DNA of 64,000 bases from positions 1,073 through 65,072 of the forward strand of contig NZ_DAINOE010000006.1 of assembly GCF_036735525.1 (NCBI RefSeq). The letters are read 5' to 3'. This DNA is from Arsukibacterium sp. GTDB lineage: Bacteria; Pseudomonadota; Gammaproteobacteria; Enterobacterales; Alteromonadaceae. The translations under genes were made by a program, and so were the position numbers. Below the pieces are notes generated by a model. That model was not told the DNA's origin and did not search any database. It saw nothing but the letters and a program-made list of their open reading frames with translations. Shown here one piece after another: positions 30,275 to 40,800 of the stretch (the first letter of the stretch is position 1; every line of letters starts with the position of its first letter).

Positions 30275-30291
30275 CGCAGCAGGAGTATCAC

Positions 30292-30861
30292 TTGGGTAAA
30301 AAGGCACAGATCACCGCCTTGCAGATCATTCAGGCGGCGTTACGGGTAGCAGCAGCAAGCGGTGCCGGTAAAGTGACGCTGGATGCGGTAGCCAAAGCGG
30401 CCGGGGTCAGCAAAGGCGGGCTGATTTATCATTTTCCCAGTAAAGATGCGCTGATTGCCGCTATGGTGCAGCATTTGCTGGACGATGCCGAATGCCATCG
30501 CCAGCAGTTAAGCGCTGATGAACCGTCTTTGCTGGCCGCTTTACTGCAAACCCGGGCATCTTTTAGTCGTAAAATCGCCGGCAATACTGCTATGGCGATT
30601 CTGGCGGCCGCCGCCGAGCAGCCGGCCTTGTTAAAACCGGTGCAACAGCACAACCAGGCGTTATTACAACAGATCATGGCACAGTCGTCACAGCAACAGA
30701 CGATAGCGGGGAGTGCCGCCCCCTCGTCAGCCTTGTTGCTTTTTTTAGCCAGTGAAGCGCTGTTGTTTCATGATCTGTTACATATTTCGCCTTTTACCGA
30801 GCAAGAGCGTGAGCAACTGGAACAACAATTAGTACAACAGGCACGGGAGCTGCAAGCATGA
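30292..30861 (+). CDS. TetR/AcrR family transcriptional regulator
   Basis: HTH (VTLDAVAKAAGVSKGGLIYHFPSKDAL). TTG start with an AGGAG RBS. Overlaps the MFP gene start by 4 nt. Confidence 0.9.
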   Translation: MGKKAQITALQIIQAALRVAAASGAGKVTLDAVAKAAGVSKGGLIYHFPSKDALIAAMVQHLLDDAECHRQQLSADEPSLLAALLQTRASFSRKIAGNTAMAILAAAAEQPALLKPVQQHNQALLQQIMAQSSQQQTIAGSAAPSSALLLFLASEALLFHDLLHISPFTEQEREQLEQQLVQQARELQA

Positions 30862-31910
30862 CACCGCAAAAAAGAGTAATGTTGGGCCTGCTGGGCCTTT
30901 GGTTTGGTTTAAGTGGCTGCTCTGAGGCCCCGGCTCCGGCACAGAGTCTGATCGCTACAGTGAAACTATACAGTATTCATGATGATGAGCATGCCAGTAG
31001 CCGGCATTTTGTCGGGCGTATTGATGCGGTCAGTACTGTTGACCTGGCGTTTCAGGTCGGTGGCCGCGTGACCGAATTACCGGTGCAGCAAGGGGCTATA
31101 GTTCCGGCCGGTGAGTTGCTGGCCAGTCTGGATCCGGCAGATTATCAACTGGCTGTACAGCAGGCCGAAGTGCAGCTGGCGCAGGCCAGTCGCGATCTGG
31201 AACGCGGTAAACCGCTGCGTGAGCAAGGCATTTTGACGCCCTCGGCCTATGATCAATTGCTGACCAACTATGAAATTGCCCGGGTGTCGTTGGAAAACGC
31301 CCGGCGCAATGTGAACTACACCCAGCTGACAGCGCCATTTGATGCCTTAGTGACTCGCCGGCTGGTAGAGCGATATGCCACTGTCGCCGCTGGCACCCCC
31401 TTACTACGGGTGCAGGATATCACTGAGCTGCGGGTGCATATTAATGTGCCTGAGCAAATTATGCGTCAGGTACGTGATACCCGCGATTATCTGGTGTATG
31501 TGCGTTTAGCCGGGCAGGATACAGAGCGCTATCCGCTGGCGTATCGGGAACATGCCACTGAAGTGGATCCACTCACCCAAACCTATCAGGTGTCTTTTGC
31601 TATGCCAAGGCTGGAGCAGGTGAATTTATTGCCTGGCATGACAGTTCAGGTAGTGACAGAAAAGCTGGCCACAACGGGGACTGTATTGATCCCGGTATCG
31701 GCACTGGATACGGCAACACCCGAGCAATTTTTTGTCTGGCGCTATGATGCAACAACGCAGACAGTGCAGCGGGTAGCGGTGCAGGTGGGCAGCATTCGTG
31801 AGCAGCAGATTGAGATCCTAAGTGGTTTGCTACAGGGCGATCAGGTGGTGTCTGCCGGGATATATCAGTTGACGCCAGGCCAGCAAGTCCGGCCCTTCAG
31901 TGCGTATTAA
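30858..31910 (+). CDS. efflux RND transporter periplasmic adaptor (MFP)
   Basis: Lipoprotein-like signal (LSGCS) and an HlyD/AcrA-type coiled-coil hairpin. Confidence 0.9.
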   Translation: MTPQKRVMLGLLGLWFGLSGCSEAPAPAQSLIATVKLYSIHDDEHASSRHFVGRIDAVSTVDLAFQVGGRVTELPVQQGAIVPAGELLASLDPADYQLAVQQAEVQLAQASRDLERGKPLREQGILTPSAYDQLLTNYEIARVSLENARRNVNYTQLTAPFDALVTRRLVERYATVAAGTPLLRVQDITELRVHINVPEQIMRQVRDTRDYLVYVRLAGQDTERYPLAYREHATEVDPLTQTYQVSFAMPRLEQVNLLPGMTVQVVTEKLATTGTVLIPVSALDTATPEQFFVWRYDATTQTVQRVAVQVGSIREQQIEILSGLLQGDQVVSAGIYQLTPGQQVRPFSAY

Positions 31911-31937
31911 CCCGCTGGACGTAAAAGGAGACTAAGT

Positions 31938-34900
31938 ATGCGCATTGCCAGTTATGCGATAGACAAGCAGGTCAACAGCTGGTTACTGATCATGCTGTGT
32001 TTGTTAGGCGGGCTTTGGGCACTGCTGACCATTGGCCGGTTGGAAGATCCGGCCTTTACCCTGAAAGAAGCTATTATTATTACCCAGTATCCGGGCGCCA
32101 CAGCGCTGGAGGTCGAAGAAGAAGTCACCGAGTTGCTGGAATCTGCTATTCAGCAGTTATCGCAGTTAAAGCGCATTACCTCCAAGTCTATGCCCGGCAA
32201 GTCAGAGATCCGGGTGCAAATTCAGGATAAGTACGACGGTAAACAGATGCCACAGATCTGGGACGAGCTCAGGCGCAAGGTCAATGATGCCAGTATGCGT
32301 CTGCCCAGTGGCGTGATGACACCGCTGGTTAACGACGATTTCGGCGATGTGTTCGGTATTTTTTATGCTATCACTACCGAGGGCTTTAGTGACAGAGACA
32401 TCCGCGAGCTGGCAACCTTTTTACGGCGCGAAATGCTGACGGTACCAGGGGTAGCCAAGGTGCAAACGGCGGGTGAGCCGCAAGAGCAAATCAGCGTTGA
32501 AATTTCGCATGAGCGCCTACTCGGTATTGGCTTGCCGCTGCAGTTAGTGATTAATACACTGCAAACCGAAAATGCGGTAGCCTCGGCCGGCTCGGTGCAG
32601 GTGGGCGACAAACGTGTCCGCTTGCTAAGCAAACCTGGGCTCGATTCAATCAGCGCCATTGAAAACCTGCGTATTGGTAAACCGGGTTCGACCGAGCAAC
32701 TGAGTATTTACGATGTGGCCAGCGTCAGCCGCGATGAAGTAGAGGTGCCCTCTCAACTGATCCGCTATAACGGTCAGGCGGCCTTTACCCTGGCCATCGC
32801 TGGCTTGAGTGACGCCAATATCGTTGATGTCGGTAAAGCGGTCGATGCGCATCTGGCCAGTCTGGCCGGCCGCATTCCTTTGGGCGTGACCCTGCATCCG
32901 ATCTATCAGCAACACCTGGTGGTAGAAACGGCGATTAACGCCTTTATTATTAATCTGTTGCTGTCGGTGGCTATTGTTATAGCAGTGCTGTGTCTGACCA
33001 TGGGCTGGCGGGTTGGCCTGGTGGTGGGCGGCACCTTGTTACTGACGGTGCTGGGTACCGTATTTTTTATGCGGTTGTGGCAAATTGAAATGGAGCGTAT
33101 TTCGCTTGGCGCGTTAATCATCGCCATGGGTATGCTGGTAGACAATGCCATAGTGGTGGCCGAAACCATGCTGATCAATATGCAGCGTGGCATGTCATCG
33201 CGCAAGGCTGCGGCCGAAGCGGCCGGGCGCACGCAAGTTCCGCTGTTGGGTGCCACTGTGATTGGCATTATGGCCTTTGCCGGCATAGGCTTATCACCCG
33301 ACAGTACCGGTGAGTTTTTATTCTCGTTGTTTGCGGTGATGGCGATATCCTTACTGTTAAGTTGGGTGCTGGCGATTTCGGTTACACCCTTGTTTGCGCA
33401 TTACTTATTTAAAATCAGCCACAGCAGCAGCGATGCCGACCCTTACGCCGGGGTGCTGTATCAGCGCTATGCTGGCCTGTTGCAGCTGGCGCTGCGCCAC
33501 AGAGCCTTAACGGTAACTGGGTTAGTCGTGCTGACAGCCGCCAGTGTGCTGGGCTTTACCCAGGTGAAGCAGGTGTTTTTCCCCGCCTCTAACACACCGA
33601 TATTTTATTTGAATTATCTGTTGCCTCAGGGCTCGGATATTCGTGCCACTGCCCGTGATATCGCTAAAATTGAACAACTGGTGTTAGCGCAAGACGAAGT
33701 GGTATCGGTGAGCAGCTTTATTGGTGCAGGGGCCAGCCGTTTTATGCTGACCTATGCGCCCGAGCAGCAAAATGCCGCCTATGGCCAGTTGATTATCCGC
33801 ACTGAGCAGCGCGAACAAATCGTACCCTTGATGCAGCGGCTGCGTGCTGAACTGCCACCGATGTTGCCGCAGGCAGAAATTTATACCCAGCAATTGATGT
33901 TTGGCCCGGGCAGTGGTGCCAAGTTACAAATTCGGGTGTCTGGCGCGGATGAAACTGTACTGCGTCTACTGGGCCAGCAAGTCACCGAACTGATGCGTGC
34001 TGATGCAGCTATTACCGATTTACGTCAGAACTGGCGGCAGCGCGAGTTGGTGATAGTGCCCGATTTTAACGAAGAGCGGGCCAGGGTGGCAGGCATCAAC
34101 CGCACTGAACTGGCGCAAACGCTGGAGTTTGCCAGTAGTGGGGTGCGCAGTGGCGTGTTTCGCGAACACGACAAGCAAATCCCGATAGTGGTCAGGCCGC
34201 CTGCCAGCGAGCGTTTTGATATTGACCGCTTGCATGATCGGATGATCTGGAGTGCCAGTGACAATACCTATATACCCATTACCCAGGTGATTAATGGCCT
34301 GGTTACCCAAACCGAAGAAGCAAAAATACAACGGCTGGATCGGCAAAGAACCTTAACAGTGGAAGCGGAGCCGGCGGTGGGCTTTACCGCCGATCAGGCA
34401 TTAAAACGTGTACGGCCACATTTAGAGGCACTGGCCTTGCCGACCGGCTATCAGCTGAGTTTTGGCGGCGAGTATGAAAGTGCCGCTGAAGCCCAGGCCT
34501 CGCTGGCCGCGCAATTACCACTGAGTTTTATTGTGATGCTGGTGATCAGTATTTTACTGTTCGGTGCCTTAAAGCAGCCGTTAGTGATTTGGCTTATTGT
34601 CCCTATGTCTATTTGCGGTGTGACCGCCGGCTTATTGCTTTCGGGTTTACCTTTCGGTTTTACCGCCTTGCTGGGCTTTTTAAGCTTATCGGGGATGCTG
34701 ATAAAAAATGCCATAGTGCTGGTAGATGAAATTGAGCTGCAATTAAGGCAAAGCACTGACAAACTGCAGGCAATAGTTCAGGCCAGTACCAGCCGGATGC
34801 GGCCGGTATTGTTAGCGGCGCTGACTACTATTCTGGGTATGGCGCCACTGTTGTGGGATGCCTTTTTCAACAGCATGGCGGTTACTATCATGGCCGGACT

Positions 34901-34988
34901 GGCGTTTGCCACTATTTTGACGCTGATAGCGGTACCGGTGTTTTATGCACTGTTGTTTAGAATAAAACCGGCTGCGTCGGCCGCTTAG
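31938..34988 (+). CDS. efflux RND transporter permease (AcrB/HAE1-like)
   Basis: 1016 aa with 12-TM AcrB architecture and conserved segments (LGALIIAMGMLVDNAIVV, SLSGMLIKNAIVLVD). Confidence 0.95.
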   Translation: MRIASYAIDKQVNSWLLIMLCLLGGLWALLTIGRLEDPAFTLKEAIIITQYPGATALEVEEEVTELLESAIQQLSQLKRITSKSMPGKSEIRVQIQDKYDGKQMPQIWDELRRKVNDASMRLPSGVMTPLVNDDFGDVFGIFYAITTEGFSDRDIRELATFLRREMLTVPGVAKVQTAGEPQEQISVEISHERLLGIGLPLQLVINTLQTENAVASAGSVQVGDKRVRLLSKPGLDSISAIENLRIGKPGSTEQLSIYDVASVSRDEVEVPSQLIRYNGQAAFTLAIAGLSDANIVDVGKAVDAHLASLAGRIPLGVTLHPIYQQHLVVETAINAFIINLLLSVAIVIAVLCLTMGWRVGLVVGGTLLLTVLGTVFFMRLWQIEMERISLGALIIAMGMLVDNAIVVAETMLINMQRGMSSRKAAAEAAGRTQVPLLGATVIGIMAFAGIGLSPDSTGEFLFSLFAVMAISLLLSWVLAISVTPLFAHYLFKISHSSSDADPYAGVLYQRYAGLLQLALRHRALTVTGLVVLTAASVLGFTQVKQVFFPASNTPIFYLNYLLPQGSDIRATARDIAKIEQLVLAQDEVVSVSSFIGAGASRFMLTYAPEQQNAAYGQLIIRTEQREQIVPLMQRLRAELPPMLPQAEIYTQQLMFGPGSGAKLQIRVSGADETVLRLLGQQVTELMRADAAITDLRQNWRQRELVIVPDFNEERARVAGINRTELAQTLEFASSGVRSGVFREHDKQIPIVVRPPASERFDIDRLHDRMIWSASDNTYIPITQVINGLVTQTEEAKIQRLDRQRTLTVEAEPAVGFTADQALKRVRPHLEALALPTGYQLSFGGEYESAAEAQASLAAQLPLSFIVMLVISILLFGALKQPLVIWLIVPMSICGVTAGLLLSGLPFGFTALLGFLSLSGMLIKNAIVLVDEIELQLRQSTDKLQAIVQASTSRMRPVLLAALTTILGMAPLLWDAFFNSMAVTIMAGLAFATILTLIAVPVFYALLFRIKPAASAA

Positions 34989-35299
34989 CTGGCGCAGCGA
35001 ATACACAAGTTGGTAAAAGGGATGGCGGCTAAGCGGGCGATGGCAATGTCTTCACCGCATTGCTGGCATTGCTGGTAAGTACCGGCTTCCATGCGTTGCA
35101 AGGCCACGCTTATTTGTGCCAGCTCAGTTGCAGCATGCTGCTCCAGGCTATTGAGCACTTGTTCATTCTCGCGCTCAACAGCTTGCTCGGCTGAGTCGGC
35201 ATCACGGCCTTGCGCAAAATCACGATGAATGGCCGCCATTTGGCGTTCGAGCAACGCCTTTTTTTCCAGTAATTGATGCTTGAGTTGTTGTATTGGCAT
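34985..35299 (-). CDS. DksA/TraR family C4-type zinc-finger protein
   Basis: 104 aa, with a coiled-coil N-terminus and CQQCGEDI...NLCIRCA. Confidence 0.8.
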   Translation of the reverse strand: MPIQQLKHQLLEKKALLERQMAAIHRDFAQGRDADSAEQAVERENEQVLNSLEQHAATELAQISVALQRMEAGTYQQCQQCGEDIAIARLAAIPFTNLCIRCAS

Positions 35300-35390
35300 A
35301 ACACCCCCTTAATCAGCTTGTCATAACAGCATAGCCGTTTTTACCGGGGGTGCACTTGATGTAACGCAAGTTGTGCCTGATTTGTCTGGT

Positions 35391-37211
35391 TTATTGCTGT
35401 TTTTGCTGCTCTTGTTGCTGTTCTTGTTGTAATTGCCACATACGGGCGTATTCGCCTTGTTGTTGCAATAATTGCTGATGGGTGCCTTGCTCAGCCAGCT
35501 TGCCCTGTTTAAGCACAATAATGTTATCGGCATCGGTAATGGTAGATAGCCGGTGAGCAATCACCAGACTGGTATGATTACGGCTCACCTGAGCAATGGC
35601 CTTTAATATAGCTTGCTCTGAGGTGGAATCCAGCGCTGAGGTGGCTTCATCAAATACCAGAATGGGCGAGCCCTTTAGCATAGCGCGGGCGATAGCGATG
35701 CGTTGTTTCTCACCCCCTGATACTTTTAAACCGCGCTCACCCACCAGGGTATTAGCGCCATCCGGCAAGCTGTTTATAAAGGCTCGCAGCTGCGCCATAT
35801 CAATCGCTTGCTCAATTTCTGTTGCGCTGGCACCCGGGCGGCCATAGGCAATATTGTCGATAATACTGCTATTAAACAGCACCGTATCCTGCGGCACTAT
35901 GGCGATAACCTGACGCAGGCTCTGTAGGGTGACCTGCCTGATATCCTGGCCATCAATCTCAATACTGCCGCTTTGGCTCTCATAAAAGCGGTATAGTAGC
36001 CGGGCTATAGTACTTTTACCGGCACCGCTGGCGCCGACTATGGCCACTTTACAGCCAGGTGGCACCTCAAAACTGAGCGCATCAAGAATAGGGCGTTGGG
36101 GTTGGTAGCCAAAACTCACTTGCTTAAAGCTGACTTTAGCCTGTTGCAACTGCAGTGGCTTTGCGCTGTGACTATCGCGGATCTGCGGCTGGCGGGTCAG
36201 TAAGCCCAGCATGTTTTCTAAATCGGTTAGTGCCCGGCGGATTTCGCGATAAACAAAGCCTAAAAAATTTAATGGCAAAAAGAGTTGGATCATATAAGCA
36301 TTAATCATCACCAGCTCACCGATACTCAGCTCGCCGTTGACGACCTGAGCCGCTGCCAGCCACATTAAGGCAGTAATCGCCATGGCAATCAATAACGCCT
36401 GGCCTGAGTTTAGTGCCAGCAGGCTTAAACGGTTTTTCAGGCGCGCCCGTTCCCACTTGGCTAAGAAACCATCGTAGGTGTCGGCTTCATATTGTTCATT
36501 ATTAAAGTATTTAACGGTTTCATAATTCAACAGGCTGTCGACAGCCCGGCTGTTAGTGGTGTTATCCGCCTGATTGGCTTCCCGAATAAAAGCATTACGC
36601 CACTCGGTAACATACACAGTGAAAAAGATATAAACCGCTACGGCAAACAGCGTAATAACGGCATAAAGTGGTGAGAACAACCAGCTGAAAATCAGCGCGA
36701 CTGCCAGAATTTCAAACAGGGTGGGCACAATATTAAACATCAAAAAGCGCATCAGAAAACTCAGGCCATTGCTGCCGCGCTCGATGTCGCGGCTGATGCC
36801 ACCCGTTTGCCGATCCAGATGAAAAGCCAGCTCTAAACTGTGCAGGTGCTGAAATACCTTAAGGCCAATCTGACGCATTGCATGCTCGGTTACCCGGCCA
36901 AACAGCGCATCACGAATTTCACCAAACAGCACAGAGGCAAAACGCAGGCTGCCGTATAACAGCAATAAAGCGACAGGCACCAATAGCAGGCTGTGCAAAT
37001 TACCATCTACCGCATCAATAATTTCTTTTAAGGCCCAGGGCATCAGCAAGCTGGCGCCCTTTGCCGCCAGTAGCGCAAGAACTGCCAGCAACACCCGGCC
37101 TTTAAAAGCCATCAGATAAGGCCAGAGCGTACGTACGCTTTGGCCAAGTCCCATTGCATCAGGTCGTTTTTGCGGCTCTGGTTGTTTTGCCGTACTTCTG
37201 ATCCCGCGCAT
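35391..37211 (-). CDS. ABC transporter permease/ATPase fusion (Atm1/HMT-like exporter)
   Basis: Six-TM domain plus an NBD with Walker A GASGAGKST, signature VSGGEKQR and Walker B ILVFDEATSALD. The C-terminal tail is Q/E-rich. Confidence 0.9.
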   Translation of the reverse strand: MRGIRSTAKQPEPQKRPDAMGLGQSVRTLWPYLMAFKGRVLLAVLALLAAKGASLLMPWALKEIIDAVDGNLHSLLLVPVALLLLYGSLRFASVLFGEIRDALFGRVTEHAMRQIGLKVFQHLHSLELAFHLDRQTGGISRDIERGSNGLSFLMRFLMFNIVPTLFEILAVALIFSWLFSPLYAVITLFAVAVYIFFTVYVTEWRNAFIREANQADNTTNSRAVDSLLNYETVKYFNNEQYEADTYDGFLAKWERARLKNRLSLLALNSGQALLIAMAITALMWLAAAQVVNGELSIGELVMINAYMIQLFLPLNFLGFVYREIRRALTDLENMLGLLTRQPQIRDSHSAKPLQLQQAKVSFKQVSFGYQPQRPILDALSFEVPPGCKVAIVGASGAGKSTIARLLYRFYESQSGSIEIDGQDIRQVTLQSLRQVIAIVPQDTVLFNSSIIDNIAYGRPGASATEIEQAIDMAQLRAFINSLPDGANTLVGERGLKVSGGEKQRIAIARAMLKGSPILVFDEATSALDSTSEQAILKAIAQVSRNHTSLVIAHRLSTITDADNIIVLKQGKLAEQGTHQQLLQQQGEYARMWQLQQEQQQEQQKQQ

Positions 37212-37269
37212 ACCGGCCCCTTAATGCTTGTCAGGCAAGGTGTAAATGGCGGCTATTATGCAGCGGCGT

Positions 37270-37551
37270 TTAGCGATAAGTACAGAGATAAGCGGTATCT
37301 TGCTTTACTTTAAGCTGAAAAGTTTCATTGGCTGCAATGTTAAAATGCTGGCCGCTGCTAAAGGTTTGCCAGTCTGTTGCCCCGGGCAGCAATACGGTTA
37401 AGGCGCCGCTTATTACCGTCATCACTTCATGCTGGCTGGTGCCAAACTCATAGTCTCCCGGCGCCATGACGCCTACAGTCGCCGGCAATGCCTCACCAGC
37501 AAAGGCAATAGAAGCAACCTTGCCATCAAAATACTGATTAACCTTAAACAT
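37270..37551 (-). CDS. ppnP: pyrimidine/purine nucleoside phosphorylase
   Basis: 93 aa. [17 protein letters not shown]... matches the PpnP (DUF1255) family. Confidence 0.88.
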   Translation of the reverse strand: MFKVNQYFDGKVASIAFAGEALPATVGVMAPGDYEFGTSQHEVMTVISGALTVLLPGATDWQTFSSGQHFNIAANETFQLKVKQDTAYLCTYR

Positions 37552-37855
37552 AAATACTCCAAAGTAGTGGTTTACCTTAACGCTTACCAGTAAACCTGAA
37601 AAGGGGCGTGGTGCAAAGTACTATTTAGCGCTTTAGATGTCCAGAAGTTCATATTGACGATGGCTGTAAAATTATCGGACGATTATGTTTATAAAAATAA
37701 AAGGCATTTGCAGTTAAAGGTTAATGAAATTGCCATAAATGCGGCCTATAGTGATAACCCCTGTAAAAGGGCGAGCGAATATAACAATAGTGGACATAAC
37801 AATAACAGTGGCGCTGCAGTGATTAGCGCCTGAACCTTAACCATGGAATATCACA

Positions 37856-40800
37856 ATGAAAACGATATTAAGCCTGATGTTGCTGTTAGCCACGCTAACA
37901 GTCTGGGCACAACAACCTATTGCCTATTGGGCACAAAACAGCAATTCTTTACCGGGTGGCGGGGCATTTAACCCGGCGTCTTTCCCGCAAACGGCGGATG
38001 TCGGCCTGGGGCAATTAAGCCTGTCTGACTTTGATCAGACGCAGGTCGCCAATGGCAGCTACCAGTACCTGCAAGCCTTTGCTGGTAGCAGTATTAATGC
38101 TCTGAGTGGCTTTGCGGCCGGTGGCTCCTTAGCGATTCAGGGCGGAAATGGCCTGAGTAATAATGGCGCCAGTATTGTTATAAAGGTCGACAGCACAGGC
38201 TTTACTGATTTAAACATCAGCTGGGCACAGCAGGCCACGGCCACTGGCTTTAATAGCCGTACTTTGTCCTGGTCGGTTGATGGCGAGAATTATCAGTTTA
38301 TTGTTAACGACACTAACAGTGGCGCTTTGGCGATGAGCTTACGCCAATTTGATTTATCGGCCATCACTGAGCTCAATGATCAGGCCGAAGTGTATTTTAA
38401 AATCACCCTGGATGGCGCGGCTAATGCCACCGGTAATAACCGCTTTGACAATATTCTAGTCAGTGGCAGTGTGTTGGCTGATGTCGGTCGCATCACCGTT
38501 TACGAGCGTGACTTTACCACTAATCCTTTTAATGCCGGCTGGCGTGAAGTCAGTGTTAGTGGCAGCGAGCGCTGGGACTGGAATGGCTCCTTTGGTAATA
38601 TCAGCTTTAGCGGTTTTGTCTCAGGCAGTTGCCGGCCAAATGACAGCTGGTTAATTTCTCCGGCCTTTAATTTGGATGCACAAGCTGACGAGCGTCTATC
38701 TTTTGATATTGCCCGTGGTTTTGGCGGCACAAATGGCCTGGAAGTGTACTACTCCACGGTAGCTAATGCGGCTGACAACTTTAACACGGCTGACTGGCAA
38801 CTACTGACCACTATCACCACCGCTGACTTTAGCACCAACAATGTGCCGGTGCGTTTCGCTGATTTTGAGCAATTAGCCCAGCAAAGTGGTGTGGCCTATA
38901 TTGCGTTTCGCTATGCGTTTGAGGAAGGCAATTGCAGCACCTGGCGTCTGGCGAATATTCAGCTGACGGCCCTGGCCAATACCACGGTGGCAGATTTTGC
39001 TTGTGGTAATCCGGTCGATCGTATTCACACTGTGCAGGGTAGTGGTTTCCAAAGTCCGTTACAGGGCGCTTATGTGCAATTAGAAGCTGTGGTCACGGCC
39101 AGTTTCCAGCAAACTACTGATGGCGGTCTGGGTGGTTTTTACCTGCAGGAAATGCAAGCTAATACCGATGCTAATCCACACAACTCTGAAGGCATTTTTG
39201 TCTACGACAATGGCTTTGGCGTCACAGTACAACAGGGCGATCTGGTGCGGGTAGCCGGTACTGTTGCTGAGTACTTTGAAGAAACCCAGTTAACTAATCT
39301 TACTGATGTGGCAGTGTGCGGCAGTGGTTATGCCTCAGCCGTAACGCCAGTTGCGGTCAGCTTGCCTGTCCATAGCTTTGCTGAGCTTGAAGCTTTAGAA
39401 GGCATGTGGGTGAGCACAGCGGCTGATTACACCGTGAGCGATGTGTTTAATGCGGTGCGTTTTGGTGAGTTTACCGTGTCAAATGGCCGCTTAATGGTGC
39501 CTACTCAGGTGGTATCACCTGGTCCGGACGTGGCCGCAGTAATGGCAGAAAACAGCCGTAATCGCTTAATTATTGATAATGCCCGTACCGGCACGAACCG
39601 TTTGCCCTTTATCAATGGTGAAGATGCGATTAATCCGTTATCGGCGGTTAACCCCATACGCAATGGCAGCCTGTTACAAGCCGGTTTCAACGGTATTATG
39701 TCGTATGGTTTTGCCGCTTACCGCTTGCGCAAGTTGGAAGAGCCGCGTTTTATCAGCGCCGCGAATCCGCGCACAGCACAGTCAGATTTAGCTTCGGGTA
39801 ATTTACGTGTGGCCACCTATAACGTGGAAAACCTGTTTGTTACTTTGCAGCAAAGCGGCAATGTTTGTGGGCCCAATGCGCTGAGTTGTCGCGGTGCCAC
39901 CAGTAGCTCTGAGCTGGAACGGCAACTGGCTAAAATCACCTCAGCTATTCTGGCCATTGATGCTGCGGTATATGCGTTAATAGAAATTGAGAATGATGCT
40001 GATGATGCCACCTTAACCTTATTGGTGGATCGGTTAAATCAGCAATCAACAGACGCTGACTGGGCTTTTATCCGTACCGGCTTTATCGGCACTGATGCCA
40101 TAAAACCCGCTTTTATTTATCGTGCTAACCAGGTATCGCCGGAAGGGGTGTATGCGGTATTAGACGATAGTGTTGACCCTGATTTTGATACTTCACGCCA
40201 GCGTCCGGCATTAGCGCAAAGCTTCCGTACTGCGCAAAATGCCATTTTCACTGCAGTAGGGGTGCACTTAAGAGCTAAGGCCTCTTGTCCAAGCGGTAAC
40301 ATCCCGGATGCCGATCAGGGTGATGGTCAGGGCTGTTGGAATCAATGGCGCAGCCGCGCAGCCTCGGCGCTAACGCGTTGGTTAGATACAGATCCGACCG
40401 CTGTGGCCGACACGGATTATCTGGTGCTGGGTGATTTTAATGCCTATGCCATGGAAGATCCGATGCGCATTTTAGCTGAGGCGGGTTATGTTAACCTGGC
40501 AACGGCAACTAATGGTGGCAGCAGTAATCATTATAGCTACACCTTTATGGGCGAGGCGGGCAGTTTAGATCATGCTATAGCGTCTCCTTCAATGCTTGCT
40601 CAGTTTGTCGAAGCTAAAGCCTGGCACATCAATGCTGATGAAATCCCTGCCTTTAACTACACTGAGGGCAATTTACCGGGTGCTGGCAATCTGCCAAAAC
40701 CGGCAAGCTTTTATAATGCCGATCCGTTCCGCTCTTCTGATCACGATCCTTTAGTGATTTCGTTGCAGTTAGCGCCGGTTTTCCCACCGGTAGTTATTGA

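Noticed and set aside
32363-33286. Several 90-126-aa ORFs antisense to the RND permease gene (also 33684..34762).
   Set aside because: They lie entirely inside a well-supported 1016-aa gene on the other strand and have no RBS or recognisable motifs. They are typical antisense open frames in moderately GC-rich coding DNA.
35391-35440. Q/E-rich coding tails and poly-Q runs (ABC exporter C-terminus, RHH protein tail at 18481..18540, and 5560..5610) as possible functional repeats.
   Set aside because: They are short, in frame and scattered. They are consistent with a genome-wide CAG/CAA-rich low-complexity bias rather than a specific element.
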